Shown piece by piece: positions 1-14,280 of a DNA stretch of 64,000 nt. Numbering within the stretch: the first letter of the stretch is position 1; each line of letters starts with the position of its first letter. Source of the DNA: Phoronis australis (Eukaryota > Animalia > Phoronida). The stretch lies in assembly GCA_002633005.1 (NCBI GenBank), contig NMRA01000334.1, positions 400,516 to 464,515 of the forward strand. Reading direction: 5' to 3'. Below the pieces are notes generated by a model, which searched no databases, was not told the DNA's origin, and was given only the letters and a program-made list of their open reading frames with translations. A program made the position numbers and the translations under genes.

Positions 1-3000
1 GTGAAATTTAATAACAATATGTGGTCACATGACCCAAAGATTGAGAGATAGGCATAAAAAGACAAACTCTGTCGGTTTTCTAGTTTCATAAAATCGATAT
101 TTTTACATAGGTGAATTCTATTTATTCTAGATATTTGGCTAAACGCCAAAGTCTAGTCTATAAGGCCGTATAACCCTAAGCTAAAACACAGTCCAACATA
201 TATTAATGTGGCTAGCAAACCCCGAATTTATAAGTTCTTCCAGGAATGTGGAATGTAATGACAGCCCCATGACTTTCATCAACACACTTACTGTCGGTCC
301 AAGTTGAAATAGGTTTTGTCGAACAGAATAGAGCCGACGTCGCATGCGTCAGGTTTTAGAGCGCTTCGCAGCACAAACGCGAGACTGAAGTAGCAACGTG
401 GCGACTGCTCATTTGAGACCGGATACCATTCGCCTCTAGAAGACGACTAGTCATGCTTGTTTTAAACGTATTACGGCTAATTACAGACACTGTAAATGGT
501 GTCAAGAAGTCAAAATGTTTGCATATGCCAACTGATAAGCAGAGGATGTACCTTAAAGTAAAGCTAGGAGGCGATAAGTCGCCGGTCTCATGTGGTTCCC
601 GAAAGTCTCCCGTTATGTTACATGCAAATTCTTGGTGGAACTGAACATGTATGCAAACTGCAACAAATCCAAATCGAGGAGACCTACATGTACCTAGCAA
701 GCAATCAATTAACTCTACTCACCCTGTATTGCACAGTGTATGCCATGCAAAATATGAAACGCAAACCTCAAAAAGGGTTCAGTCCACCGAAAAACACGAA
801 CTGGGACAACGGCATGTGACTTTTAAAGAACATAAGGACCTTGTTACTTAATGGAATTAAATTGGATTTGTGGGTATTGGGAAGAGATGTCTGTTAACTA
901 TTATCCTGTACTTGTGACAAGAATGCGACTGGTCGGCTAGGCTTGCCAGGACGGAGCATGCGCGTAAGTGCCGAGCAATGATAAACAGTATTTATGAATA
1001 AATTAAGACGTGACCATTTTATGAGGTATGAATCAAAAGTAAACACTACGGGGTACTTAGGTGCTTCGTTTATTTAAACTTGATCTCGTAAATATCAAGT
1101 GGACAACTGAGGTACACGTAGTTCAAGGTAGCGCAGACCACATTTTTGAGAAGAGCAAAATCAGGCATCGCAAAATCACACTAGTTAACTGCTAGTGTTT
1201 CGGTGGCATTGTTTGGAGCTTACTAGCTTATTCTAGCAAAATGGCGGCATGTGAAATGATTAGACGGTGAGGTTGCAATGATGACTTGTCGTAATGAGGC
1301 TCAATAACAAATAAATTATGGGATATGATTTACAGTTTCTGCTGCATTGGCGATGATTTTTCATCCCAAGAGCAAGCTAATATATTAGGTCAGCAGAACA
1401 CAGTTGGGACTACGCATGGCGTGTTCTGACAACACATCCGAAACAGATTCAACAGGCATTATGTGTTTACACGCGCGAATGTTATCAAAACACAAAAATG
1501 TTCTTTGCTGTACGTGACAGGTTTGCAGATTTTTGAAATTAGGGATATTTTAAAATGGGGCTGTTCTAGGGGTTCTGATGGAAATGAAATGAAATTAATT
1601 ACTTCCTTTAAAGGTAATCGTCATACAAAATAAACGTCATTACCAACCTTTACAGAGTTGTTGAAGACGAAAACGGAGAAAAGCATGTTTTGCTTGTCAT
1701 CCTACTGTATATGTAGGATGGCAGCTCAACATTCAACACACAGGTTTATGACCAAATGTCCTCAGTTTTTCCCGGATCTCAAAAACATTTTTTTGATTAA
1801 TCGTCTTTTGTCAGGCCTGTTAGTGATGACGAGGATGGTGTGCATTTTATTGTCAACGTCCCACTAATCATGTGACATGTCAGCTGATTGCAAAGGAAGG
1901 TATGTGCAGAGGCTCATCGTGTGCAGTCACACCGTGACGTGCAGCTCAGCTACGCACAAACTGGACGCCCGGCAAATGCATAAGTATGGACTACAATTGA
2001 CCAGTTAACCTATATGTATAGACGGATACGCCACATTACAATGACTTGTGGGATGTCGGTCATCCAAAAAAGAATGAAATAAACCGATGAAAACGGACAA
2101 GAACGTTCATTGGATGTGTTTGGATGTGTACATTTCGCCTCAGTCGTCGCAGGGCGCAATTTGGTTAGTAAAGCTGAAAGCCAATGCAACAAATAACTGG
2201 GCATTTAAAGGATATTTCATTGACAAGGTCACCGCCTTCGACTTCAGATAATTCTATCCAATGACTAGAAGTTTACATATGCGGGAACACGCAGCCAATT
2301 TTGCATTTTATGGATCTGTTCAATGAAACTTTAAGTGTGTCTTACGCAAATGTACGTTACAATACGTTTTCTCGGTCCTTAAACCAGCTGTCTTTTTTAG
2401 GCAGCAAAACGGATTTGGAAACAAAGGTAAAAGAATTAAAAAAATTCACACACTCAAAATTTTAGATAATTTTTCACGGGAAGAGTTGACAACGAATAGA
2501 GAATTCAAAGCTATTGGCAGCCCAAGTAAACTTCAACGGAGGCAAAAAAAAAACAATTCCCGTAGTCTCACTAAGCCAACACCTGATTTCCAAACTAGCT
2601 GCGCCATATTGAAATTCACTATCCCTCCAGGCGGCGATCAGGTCTTTCTGGTGGACAGGCGTTCAGCGTCAGCTACAGATCCCGTGAACTTTGTGGACGG
2701 GAGGTTTCAACCTACTGGAACGGCGTTATAACACCATTCGTGATTCTATTAAGGCGGCAAATTTTCATTGTTTTGAGGTGGGATTTCCATTTTTACCATT
2801 GGCTCACGGAAAAGGACAAACGTCTTCTCCATGGGTGAATGATATCATGACCCATACATTCCCCTCCACAAAGAATTCACGTCTACATAGTCATTGGCTG
2901 CATCTGAAGACAGCCGATGTCAAAAAAATGAAATACATGAGTGAACATATTCGTCTGTTTTTAAAGTAATGAATCATTATGTAGTATTGAATTTATGGAG

Positions 3001-4734
3001 TCGTTCACCGAATCTGAGTCGGAATCAAGCGGAGGTCGATTTCTCGCACTCGTCAGCGCCAATATCAAAAGGCTGCTATTTTTTATTCGTATGTGGGAGA
3101 TTCTCGTAACTCACGGCATTCACTTACGTGATTTTGCGTATGTGATCCAGCCAAACTCGCTATGCACTCGGTTCTGCCAAACAAACCCCTGATGGCAGGT
3201 GACGTCACCGGCCTGGCTCATTGAGTAAACACGCTATTGATGGAATTGAAAACGTTGTTTTCACGTTCACCAAGAAAGGTTTTAGCAAAAATGTCAACAC
3301 CTTCGTTGGCTGCACAGTAAAAGAACGTGCTCAGTAGAATTTCTGTGAAAACAAACGAATATTATGTTGAAGTAAATGGAAATAGGTTATGACAGCTAAT
3401 CTGCGTGGGCTTGAGACTTTTATTCAGCATGAGTTTTAGAGAGATAAAATTTCTGTTTTAATTCTCAGTTTTGTGAGCTTTTCGGAAACAGCATCGTGGA
3501 TTTTTGTAATAAACTGAAAGCAATACAGAAGCATTTACAGAAAATTAACATGACACTTTTAGTTTCGTTTGTTTATTTACTGTATAGTAACTAAGCAAAC
3601 ACACATGTACGATGTACATCATTTAATGCGTTTGGCAGAATTGAAAGCAAATGTGCGTGAAGAGCATATTCTCTATTTACATTCCCGGAAAAAAGCTATG
3701 TGGAAAGTATTTCAAAAATACACTGATGCCACGAGAGGACATTTATCTAAAAATATTACGGTTTACACGATCGGCAAAAATGTTTTTTAAACGTACCGAC
3801 AACCTTTAAGTCGGATTCGATAACAGCATCCGAGCGGTCGCGTAGCCAGAATCTTTGTAAGCGGAGAAAATCCCACCTGACAACTAGACGCGTATTTTAA
3901 GAGTTTTTTAACTGATGAAATCGCCGGCTTCGATTTCAGCGAGTGACAGCTAATAACGACTATTGATGATATGAGGTTTTATGGCTCCGGTCAAAGCTGA
4001 ACTTCAAGACATGCACATATGAATACGACTCGTGAACTTGTAATCCCAGGTCACCGACTAAAAAACACGTCTCCGCACTCACAAAAGTCGGCCACACTTG
4101 GCCCACTCCAAAAACAGCTTATCAAGATGACTAATTATGTGTAAGACTCCGTATGAACCGTGTTCACGGTGCCGGAGCCGTGTTAGCAGTCCCGGAGCTG
4201 TGGTTTTTGGGTGCTCAATCAGTACCTGTACGAGTGAGTAACCTAAATTAACCGGTTCGTGACCCGGTGCTCATGAGTGTTCAGTTAAATTCATGAGCCG
4301 TGCTGTTTCAGCAGCCTGAGCTTGGAAGCGCGTGGTGTCATATTACCTGTGGTCGTCAATGTTCAAAACACGGACCTCCAACAGCGCGTCATCCTGAATA
4401 CCTGTGGGACTTTTGTTTACTGGAAACCGGTACGTAAAAAAGAACACAATTCTAAGAAAACGGCAAAAATAACTCAAACGACAATTAGCAACCCCGTGAA
4501 GATGGTTGCCGGTTTGTTCTTACATTCCCACAAAGCCAACAGCATTCCTTGTTGAACACGGAGACGTCTGGTTGTAATTTGATGGGATGTCACGTGACTG
4601 GCCTCAATCACACGGACACGTGTGCTTTCGTGTCATATAGTTGTTGGCAAATTCTCATTCAAATGCATTATAACTGTAATCACTTATCGTTCTCTTTCGC
4701 AGATAGTCGATCATCACTGGGCGTCGTGACAGAA

Positions 4735-4776
4735 ATGAATCTCTATTTTGCTAATCGAAAGAAACCTATTCGGTGA
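4735..4776 (+). promoter_or_regulatory. Putative upstream ORF (MNLYFANRKKPIR*) in frame with the GPCR
   Basis: ATG at 4735, TGA at 4774-4776, then CAG and the main ATG at 4780. It lies downstream of a possible 5'UTR acceptor (ttctctttcgcAG, 4701-4702). Confidence 0.4.
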
Positions 4777-4779
4777 CAG

Positions 4780-5097
4780 ATGGATCACCATTCTCGACTG
4801 ATTGACATGAATGGCAGCATCTACCTTTTCGGCCCAACGGAATCAAACTGCACTATTTTCAACAAGTATCCAATACCGTGCGACAACTGGATTACAAATA
4901 CAACCTATCAAGTGGCAGCCAACGAACCAAACTCGACCGTCCCTGAAGATGGCGAAGACTCTTCCGAAACGTCTAATATGGACAAGGTCGTGCAGTTTGC
5001 GTTTTTAGGAATTGTGCTTGGATCACTGTGTCTACTGACCACCGTTGGTAATGCTCTGGTGCTGTACTCCGTGGCGACGGAGAAAAAACTACAGACG
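4780..5097 (+). CDS. Histamine H1-like rhodopsin-family GPCR, coding exon 1 (N-terminus, TM1, start of ICL1)
   Basis: The ORF has four N-glycosylation sequons (NGS, NCT, NTT, NST) and a hydrophobic TM1 with GN (VGNALVLYSV). It ends ...EKKLQT at the donor ACG|GTACGT (5097/5098). An in-frame TGA lies at 4774-4776, and an alternative ATG is at 4807. Confidence 0.9.
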
Positions 5098-6525
5098 GTA
5101 CGTACCATGAACCTATAAAGTGAATAGACATTTCCCGAGGCATAATTTCACGTTTGCTGTTAAATTTCAAAGGGGTTTAACACTTGGTTCTAAATTTCTG
5201 CATGAGCAATAATTCTCATAATTTACCTCTGGTCTTAATTACATCGTGGTATTTGCAATGTATATCATTACATACCTGACAATCTTTTATTGAATAACAC
5301 ATTTCGGAAGCCTTCAGCTTACGCAATTTAAACAAAGTGAGTTTTAACATTGATAATACAACATTATTTACAGTATTGTATGCCCTGTTCAATCAATTAA
5401 CATTAATCATTTTAGCGTGCGGCTTCACAATTTGACAATTGGTAAATATTAATGACCATGGAGAATTGTTACAAGTACTGTTATCACCACGTTTTGCCGT
5501 TTTCAATCGAAATCTAATTAAAATTTCTATCTATTGCTGCGCATGCTCGCCACAGTTTTTTTGTACCACCAAATGAATCAGACGTTACTTCGCTGTATAA
5601 TCCATAATGACATAGCACGTGCTTCAACCTGAAAAATCGTGTGTGCTGCAGTTCATAACCAATAGCCAGATTCAATCAACCTTGACTGAAACCAACACAT
5701 GTCTGTTTGTCACAGATATTACATGAAACATTGCACGGGAAGTCAATGCAATTGAGGACACAGGTTTTATTAGTTACTAAGATATTTAAAAAAAAAATTG
5801 CCCACAAACTTTCATTTTGTCAACATCATGGTTTCCTTTCACCATCATTCTCCTGTTTGTCTGGGTGCATTTGTTCATATCAACAGAGATTGCAGAAATT
5901 TAAAATTTTATCAACGCTTTCCTAGCTTCCCCACTTAATTAAAGGCTATCACAAAAATTACATGAGCTGAAGTTGGAATCACATATTTACGTCATTGGTT
6001 CATCCTATGGTGGAGGAATGTGTAAGTGTGGTCCTTTTCCTTAGCTAACGATTTAAGATTTGGTTTATAATGCAGATAAGATTACTTCATAGAATTGTCG
6101 CTACAAACGCGCTTCCGGTCAAAATTGGTGTCTAACAGGTAGATCTTCACATGTTCTGTAGAAGAGATCCAAAATGTAATCCATCTGGGTTTACTGGGAT
6201 TGTATGGTGACGAAGGCATTCTGGTCTTCTATAAGACTATAGTTATCTTCAAACGCCCCAAATGTGTTTCACTTCTCGTCAAGTGATGTAATTTTCTTTG
6301 GTAAATTAGTCAAATGAAATATGATTAATTGACGCCAAAGAATCAGAGGTGTAACTTCTTCAATTGAATTTCTAGTGAAGAGATGGCAATGTACTTTCAA
6401 ATGGGAAAAACCTTCATTTCAAAAACTGTGAATATGAAAATATCGGTTGAAAAAATGATCCTCTTTGCCTCCTAGGTTTATTTGAATATTAGATAGTGTT
6501 TTAACTAGAACCTGATCTCGAAGTG

Positions 6526-6556
6526 TCTGTGTGCGCGTGCGCGTGCGCGTGTGCGC
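6526..6556. repeat. (GT/GC)n alternating purine-pyrimidine tract
   Basis: gtgtgcgcgtgcgcgtgcgcgtgtgcgc. Confidence 0.7.
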
Positions 6557-9500
6557 TTGGTTTTATCAAGTAGCATGCATTTCTTCGCCACGTATTTGTC
6601 GTATTTGCCTGAATGTGTTATTACCGGCAAAAATGAGAAAAGAATTAGGACGGTCTCGCTTTATGTATATCAGTCGACTGTAAAATGTTGCTAATTCATG
6701 TATGTTAATTTCCAAGTTTGTTTCCATAAACACATATTTCCATTTCATTTGATAGCACCCAGTGTACTCTTCATTATTGAGTGCTGTAAGTGCGTCATAC
6801 AAGTTAAATTCTAAGGTCATTTCATCATAGGTGGTTCCCATTTGACACAGAAATAGTGTTCAAGTTCATCGGTTTGCTTGCCTTTCGTGCAAGCGTTCTG
6901 TTGCATTAATTGAAAGGATTTAACCCAAGCAGCTCTAAAATATTATCTGTCATTAAATCCTAGTATATACAAGTAACTTGTCACTACGCAATTAATTATT
7001 GATTCCCGAATTTTGGTAATACTATTGAGCAATTTCAAAACTGTAATCTCAAGATTACCAATTGACATCACTACTTCATTAAACTTTTTTTCTTTATGCA
7101 AACTTTCCATTTGTAAATATGTACATGAAGTTAAAAAGTACATCTTCAGTTTTGTCCTTTGGAATTAATAAATTTTTCGTAAACGTTTTTCACACACGGA
7201 ATTTCATTTTCTAATATTTACCTCATTCAAGGGTTTCACATACAACGTATTCAGCATTTAGCATTGACCACAAGTAGAGAAAATTCCTCACCTGCATTAT
7301 TGTCGTTTTTAGATTGCGTTTTGAATCGTGATGCACTCGCGTTTTTTTACTATTTCTCCACGGATTACATTCAAGTTGAGAAATTTTCTTAACTTTTCAG
7401 TACCTAAAGGCTGATTTAATTATTGAAAGGAAAAATTTGATACATTCACTTGCCTAGTATGAATTGGTAATGAACCATCTAGTGCCATACTTCAATATAC
7501 TGTACACAAACAATATATATAGCTGCTACTTACTCAGAAAATTCGTACAAATTCCATGTATTTCCAGGTAGTGATTTACTAATAGTGAGACGACTGAACC
7601 TTTATTTGGTAATTGGAATGTGGAACGTAAGACTAAATTGAAGTCTTACGTCACTCCTCATAAAGCACACCCCACAATATGCTTACATTCTTGTTACCAG
7701 CTTTTTTAAGTTTAAAAACGTGGGCTGTTTCATCGCAGGTAACGGATGTCAAATCTGAATTCAAATTACTCCAAAGTCTGTATGGCTTGCTTATTTGATG
7801 CCTAGGAAAATTGTAGAGTTCTAGTGTAGCAGAGGTGTTCATACTGGAGATCGTGAAATTACAGAAGAGCGAATGAAACTAGTATTTTTACAGACATGTC
7901 TGACGGCCTTGTTTTGTCAATACTACTCGGCCTATACTCTTTGAGGCAGGATCATTTCACGACAATGGATCAAATTATCGCCTCCGCAGCACTTACCGTG
8001 TTATTAACACGAGAAAGGTGCGCATGGGGACGTATACTTTACTAATCTTAGGTACTTACGTGTATTTGTAGGGTTACATTTGTAATACTAATTCGTGTCG
8101 TACATGCCATGGCCACAAAACGACACGCCTTATTTTTTATAAATTTATCACTTAAGTTTGCTTATTACAATTGTTTCTAGTATATTTCGGCTTTCGTACT
8201 CGAAGAAAAAGACGTTCTCAAGCACTCTTTGAACAAACACAAGCTCATTTTTTTCATGCTTTAAAGGTTTTATACTATTAAATACGTGTATGTTTATAGA
8301 CTTTATGATTGGCTGTGAAGGAACTTTGTTGAACAAACAACTGATATTTAGACTTACATGTACATTGTAAATAAAAAGTTCTTTGACCACGGACAAAGTG
8401 ATAGAAGCGCCCATGCACAAACCTCAAGGATGAATGGTTGTCTAGACTAGAATGAGAAAGGGGCCGGGTTATACAAATCAAGAGGGAGAGGGGATGAAAT
8501 AAGGTTGCTACATCTCACCTTCTCTATTTCCAAGCTTATAACTACATGTACATGTTCACAGTGACAGACTATTCTTGAAACGATTCATCAGGCGAGATTC
8601 CTTTTTACCGGGATAGCTGCATGTATACAGCCATAGCAATGTAAATAAGCTAAATGTTTGAAGTCAATCGGCCAAAATCAGCAATTTTATGTTTGACATC
8701 AAATGGCCATCGTTACCATGGCAATGTTAAAAGCGGGCAACCATGCTCAAATATGTGCAGTAACCCTCCTTAGAACCTTAGAAGCGTTGCTAAGCTAAAA
8801 TGTGTATCGTTGCCATGGTACCAGGTATTTTGTATTGTCAACACAGTAATAAGCAAGCGCACACGTAAACGCCATTTTGAAAAAATAAACTGCAGGTGCC
8901 TAAAGTAAACGCTGGTATTTCTTTCAAACATGTGCGATATCCAGTTGAACAAAAATGGTTCTCGTGGTAACTCATGTACACAAACAACATTAAAGGTGTG
9001 CAAAGATAATGCATTAGATTTGTATGAGTAAATATGTAAAACCAAAGATTGGTGTCTGCTTCATAAAACGCATACAACAGCTTCAATTGTATAAGGCAAA
9101 TATTTTGGTAAAATTTACGAAAGAGGTGCCTTGATTTCCTTCAAATTGATTTTAGAAATGAAATATTACAAAAGTTTCCATAACAACGGAGATGTATTTT
9201 CACCACAAGCATTCAAGGTAAGGCTAGTGGTGATGCTGTTCACAAAATTTTTATGGATAAAAACTCAAGTTTCTTTGGATTAGTTTTTGATGCAACGCAT
9301 TAATTTTCTGTATAGTTATATTATATTATATAAAGTAAGTTTGTTCACACGTGTGAATGACGAATGATATCTACTGCAACACGATTTTTGGGCCCGGTTG
9401 CATAAAACTTATTTGCTGGATAACAGCGATGACGATGCACTTACACGCGTCACGTTGATTTTGTTGAACAATGTACCTGATGTCACGCAACAATCGAACT

Positions 9501-10752
9501 CATTCATCGAAGCTTTACACTGTATGCTATCCAACCCTGGAGTTGTCTGGACATTGATTGCATATGCAGTTTAATTTAGTAATATCGTGTATCAGCCAGT
9601 TTTCCATGTATCTATTAATTACGTAGAAGCAGTTCTATAGCGCAATTGTATGATAAAGGTATCGAATACTTCCATAGGAAAATCTTTTTCTATCTCCCCA
9701 AAATATACTTATTTCCTACTGAAGTTTCTAAACCCCTATTAATATATCCTTAAACATAATCAGCTTGTTAATTTGTAATTTGTTTTCGAACTCATAAATT
9801 ATTAATAAACGTAATACTACTTAAGCGTAATACTACTGTCCTTTGATTTTTTGTTATTCAGGATTTTGCAGTTGCGCTGTATTTGAACATAATAATAAAA
9901 AGTGGCAAGCGTGTTTTTAATGTAAATAAATTACACGACTCACAGAAGTCCAATGTACTAGACAGAAACTTTGTAAAAATAACGTGCTTAGTGTATTAGT
10001 CTGCTGAATTCATTCTTACTGTCTGTCATGCCAACTTCAGTAATTAGAACTTTGAAGCTTCCAGTTCATGATATAAATTTCCACAAATACATGTAGTGTC
10101 AAGTCTTTATAGTCATTTAATCGAGTTAAAGGACATATAATTTTAAATTTTATTAGTGAACACATCATTTCGACTCTCTATTGTAATCTTTGAATTGCGT
10201 GCTCTTTTCCTTTGCTATTTTATACAATATTTCCAAGGAATGGGTTAAGCCAGTTAATTATTAGCTTAGATGCGCTACTAACTTAGAAAACTTGGGTAAA
10301 ACTGTATAAAGTAAACGGGCAAACGTCGGTATTAAAATCTACTAAAATAGTCCCCGCGTTTCGAGCGGTACGCTCTTTATCAAGGGTACGACACAGACTG
10401 CCAAATGGCCAGAAATACAAGGTAGCATAGTTGACCACTTAGAAAAATACCTTGTATCAGAAGTCGAGTATAAGCCTGTAGCCAAATTTTTCGGATAGTG
10501 GCATTTTTCAGTATTCCAAGAAAATGCGTTATTTCGTCAGTAGGGTGTGAAGTCATGGCTTTATATTGAGGATTGGCAGTAATGTTTAAGTTTTCTCCTT
10601 CTTTTTTCCAATTTTTTGAAAAGGATTAGTATGTAATTGAATCTTCAGAAATCTTATTGTTTTCCAGCAAATTCCAGTATTTTGTGTTGTGAAAGCAGCA
10701 GTCGTTTTAAGACTCGTTAATCCGATGGCAAAATGAGTACACAAATCGTTTG

Positions 10753-10910
10753 AAGGGGCGGATCTAAGATTTTGAGTTGGGAGAAGGGAGAGGGGGGGCA
10801 GGGCAGAGCATTGGCCAGGATTTTCCCGTCAGACATTCGCACCCCCAAACTATCAAATGGAATCTGGGAGAATTTTAGGGGGGGGGTTCCCCTCCTTAAA
10901 TCCGCCACTG
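10753..10910. mobile_element. hAT-like MITE family A, copy 1 (~158 bp)
   Basis: TIRs are (c)aggggcggat...atccgccactg, flanked by gtttg/gtttg. The internal sequence (cagggcagag...gccaggatttt...) is shared with the copies at 26955 and 44702. Confidence 0.8.
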
Positions 10911-10947
10911 GTTTGATTTGAGATGCTATGTCAGCTAATTTTTAGCA

Positions 10948-11678
10948 TGGTACATGATTATTTGATGTAAACCAGAGTGATGGGACTATATGGAAACTTA
11001 TGACTTCAGTATAGTCTGAAGAGAAAACTATTTGGCAAAATGACAAATTGGATCGCAATGAATAACGAAAATCGCACGTAACTCTGACTACCTGTCTGAG
11101 ACAGAGAACTTCACTGACCACTCGTCAATTTTGAATAATCGAAAAAAATTATTTTCAATAATACTGCAATATGAATTATAACAAGGGATTAGACATAGGT
11201 ATTAGGATTCATTTGGAGTTATACTAGCCATTATAGACAATGACCAATTTAAACAAGTAATCACACCAACCACAAGTGACTTCCCTGGACGCTGACAAAT
11301 AGGAAGTTGNTGGTACATGATTATTTGATGTAAACCAGAGTGATGGGACTATATGGAAACTTATGACTTCAGTACATGTATAGTCTGAAGAGAAAACTAT
11401 TTGGCAAAATGACAATGTGGATCGCAATGAATAATGAAAATCGCACGTAACTCTGACTACCTGTCTGAGACAGAGAACTTCACTGACCACTCGTCAATTT
11501 TGAATAATCGAAAAAAATTATTTTCAATAATACTGCAATATGAATTATAACAAGGGATTAGACATAGGTATTAGGATTCATTTGGAGTTATACTAGCCAT
11601 TATAGACAATGACCAATTTAAACAAGTAATCACACCAACCACAAGTGACTTCCCTGGACGCTGACAAATAGGAAGTTG
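10948..11678. repeat. Near-identical direct duplication (10948-11309 and 11311-11678) separated by a single N; probable allelic or assembly artefact
   Basis: The copies are 362 and 368 bp. They differ by a few substitutions and a 6-bp CATGTA insertion, with an N at 11310. Confidence 0.85.
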
Positions 11679-12325
11679 CACTCTGTGTGAGACCACGCTT
11701 TCCATTCCGTAATATAAATTTTGTCAGCCAGGCATTAACCAATGAGTGGTGTTTACCAATGGCTTGCTTAGTTACACGTACCTAATTATCATAAGTTTAA
11801 ACAGGATAATCCTAATGGAAAACCATAATAACCTTGCCGATTCTCAATTTTGAGCTCGGCAATCTGCCAAACAGTGATCAGTGAGATCTGGATAATTGTT
11901 TCTCTGACATCAGAACTTCATTTAGAAGAGTTTTTAAGTTTTGACAGGCCGGTTATTTTGAATTCAAGCATTTTATTCCAAGTAACAGTTTTCTGGCTTC
12001 CACAAAATTTAGTACTTGCTTTTAAAAATTTCTTTTTTCTATGAGGGCTTATCAAAGAATAACGCCTGTATCCGGGGGGGGGGGGGTAGTCCCGTGAAAG
12101 AAAATAGCAGAAAGTAGGTTTATCTGGTGATTTGATAGTGTCAGAGTACGGTAAATTGCAGACATTTTCAAATTTCCACTTTGGTTGTGGATTGGCGGAT
12201 GACGTGCATGCGTGCGTGTACACGTGTGTGCGTTTCCGTTGTTTTAACCTCAGTACACGCCAATGATAATGAAGTTCACTATAGGCAGTCCTCCGTCGTT
12301 GATCAAAAGAAAGACACTTAACTGC

Positions 12326-12393
12326 AATGGGCGGCGCACCACAGGGGGTTGGGGGCTTTAGTCCCCACTTTTTTCAGTGCAGCGCCGCCCATG
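12326..12393. mobile_element. Tiny TIR element or MITE remnant
   Basis: Inverted termini atgggcggcgc ... gcgccgcccat around G/C runs. Confidence 0.45.
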
Positions 12394-13259
12394 GTATATG
12401 GGAAAGTAGGTCTAGACCAAATAATAATTTTGGTCAATGAAGAAAGTCTTCTCTTGCCAATCAGAGCCAATGGCGCACAGCCTCGCAGACGTCATTCGAG
12501 CAACAAACTTGATGGAACAGATTTCCAAGTTTACATGTCACTTTTCACAAAGTTCACTACTCAGAAAGTCCACTACTCCGAAGTTACTGCGAAGGATAAT
12601 ACATCAATATTCCTACTTCATAATCTTTTAAAAATTCAAGTACCTACTCATTTTTTGTAGTGGTAAGACATGCGGGCAATTTCGTATGCGCATGGAATCC
12701 GGGCGTTGTTTGAGCATAGGTACGCCACCTAGGGCACCCAATAACCGAAGTGGCGTTTATTTTTGCTGGTAAATAGGGAACTCTGATACACCCAAGTCCG
12801 AAATTTTAGATCTTTTCGGAGTAGTGAATCTTTGGAATAATGAACCTTCAGAGTAGTGAACCTTTGAAATACTGGGCTGTTCCCATTTCCAGCGATACAT
12901 TCAAGTTAAGTAACACGCAAAATACAACCAGATTAAAATATTCAAGTCGATCATGCTCCGGTTAAATATTTCCGTCCGAGTATGTAATGAGGTGTAATCA
13001 CTCATTTAAGCAAGCCCGGTTTGAAAGTTTGGCAGGGGGTAACACGGGAACATTCTCTTTCTTGGCTACATTACATCCGAATTTGGGTTCCGTTCTTAAT
13101 GAGCAACCGTCAAGGCATCCTCATTTCTGGTAATACGAATTCCGTCTGATCTCGGGAACGTAGAGCTGAGAGTCGCCGTTGTGTACAGTGTATGTAGATT
13201 TCCCTCCCCCTAGTTATGCTGCGTCAAGGGCCTGACCAAAAACTCTACAGTGTCGACGT

Positions 13260-13329
13260 TTGCAAAATAACAAAGGTCCACCGTACTAGAAATTCGAACT
13301 ACCCCCGCGCAATGCTGGCTACGGTCCTG
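13260..13329. mobile_element. Right-end fragment of the MITE at 22165-22768
   Basis: tgcaaaata..caaag.tccac...aattcgaac.acccc..gcgcaatgctggctacgg.cctg matches 22699-22768. Confidence 0.7.
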
Positions 13330-13427
13330 TAATAAAAGTTGCATAAGACAAAAACAAAACGGACGGTGTTAACAAAAGGACTTCGGTCATGTTGTTGATA
13401 CCCTTGTGTTGCTATTCATCTACGTTA

Positions 13428-14280
13428 CAGTGGCGGATCTAGGATATCACAAGGGGGGCCCAACATGTTGTCTGAAAACATTTGTGCAAAGCACGATTAG
13501 ATGCGCATAGCACCGAATGGGGGGAGGGGTTCGCCCCCCAGGAAAATTTTTCTGTTTTTTCCTCTAAAAATCAAGCATTTTCCTTGATTGCTGAAGTATT
13601 ATCCAAGAAAAAAAAGGCAAAGAAAAAGATAAAAAATACACGGCGAATGTGTCAAACATGAAAATCTACGTTTATCACTTTTTATACTTTGTGCAATGAG
13701 TTCGTAACAAATTTGTTGTATTTAAAATAGTCTTCAATTGCCCAAAAGACCAAATCCGTTTTTTGTGTTGGCGTTAATGACGCGACTGCTTTGGAAATCG
13801 TTTTAAGTTAAGGTTTGACAAAGAGATAATTATGAGTTTCTGAGTGATTAACTGAGGCTTCGATTAAAATTCACATCTTACCAGCAGCTTTTGTTTTTTC
13901 ATCGTCACTCAGATTCCATTTTCTTTAAAAAATAAAGTAATTTTCTTCATTGCACGGTAAAGCAGACAACGGAAACGGAGTCGTAGTGCGCAGCGCCACT
14001 GCCGGTCGCCTGGGATATCGCGGGAGAGCCTATACTTAGCAGTAGTTTCGTTACAATTGAGCCGTGTTCCGAATTTGACACTTCGTGAAATTGGATCTGA
14101 GCCCCAACCCCCAAACACACTAAAACTGCACACATTAAAATCTTGGTTCCGCCGTATAATGTTAATTAATGGGGTTAATTAATATACTCAACATTTCCCT
14201 ACGGTCTTGCTGTTTTATTTTTTCCGGCAGCCAAGGGGGGGGGGTCCGGGCCCCCTGCCCCCCCCCTAAATCCGCCTATG
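13428..14280. mobile_element. Non-autonomous hAT-like element (~850 bp) with TIRs related to MITE family A
   Basis: cagtggcggatctagg ... cctaaatccgcctatg, flanked by cgtta/tgtta. Confidence 0.7.

Noticed and set aside
1612-3805. Kolobok-like element bounded by TTAA-aggt...acct-TTAA
   Set aside because: The TIR match is only about 7 of 9 bases and I found no convincing coding remnant.
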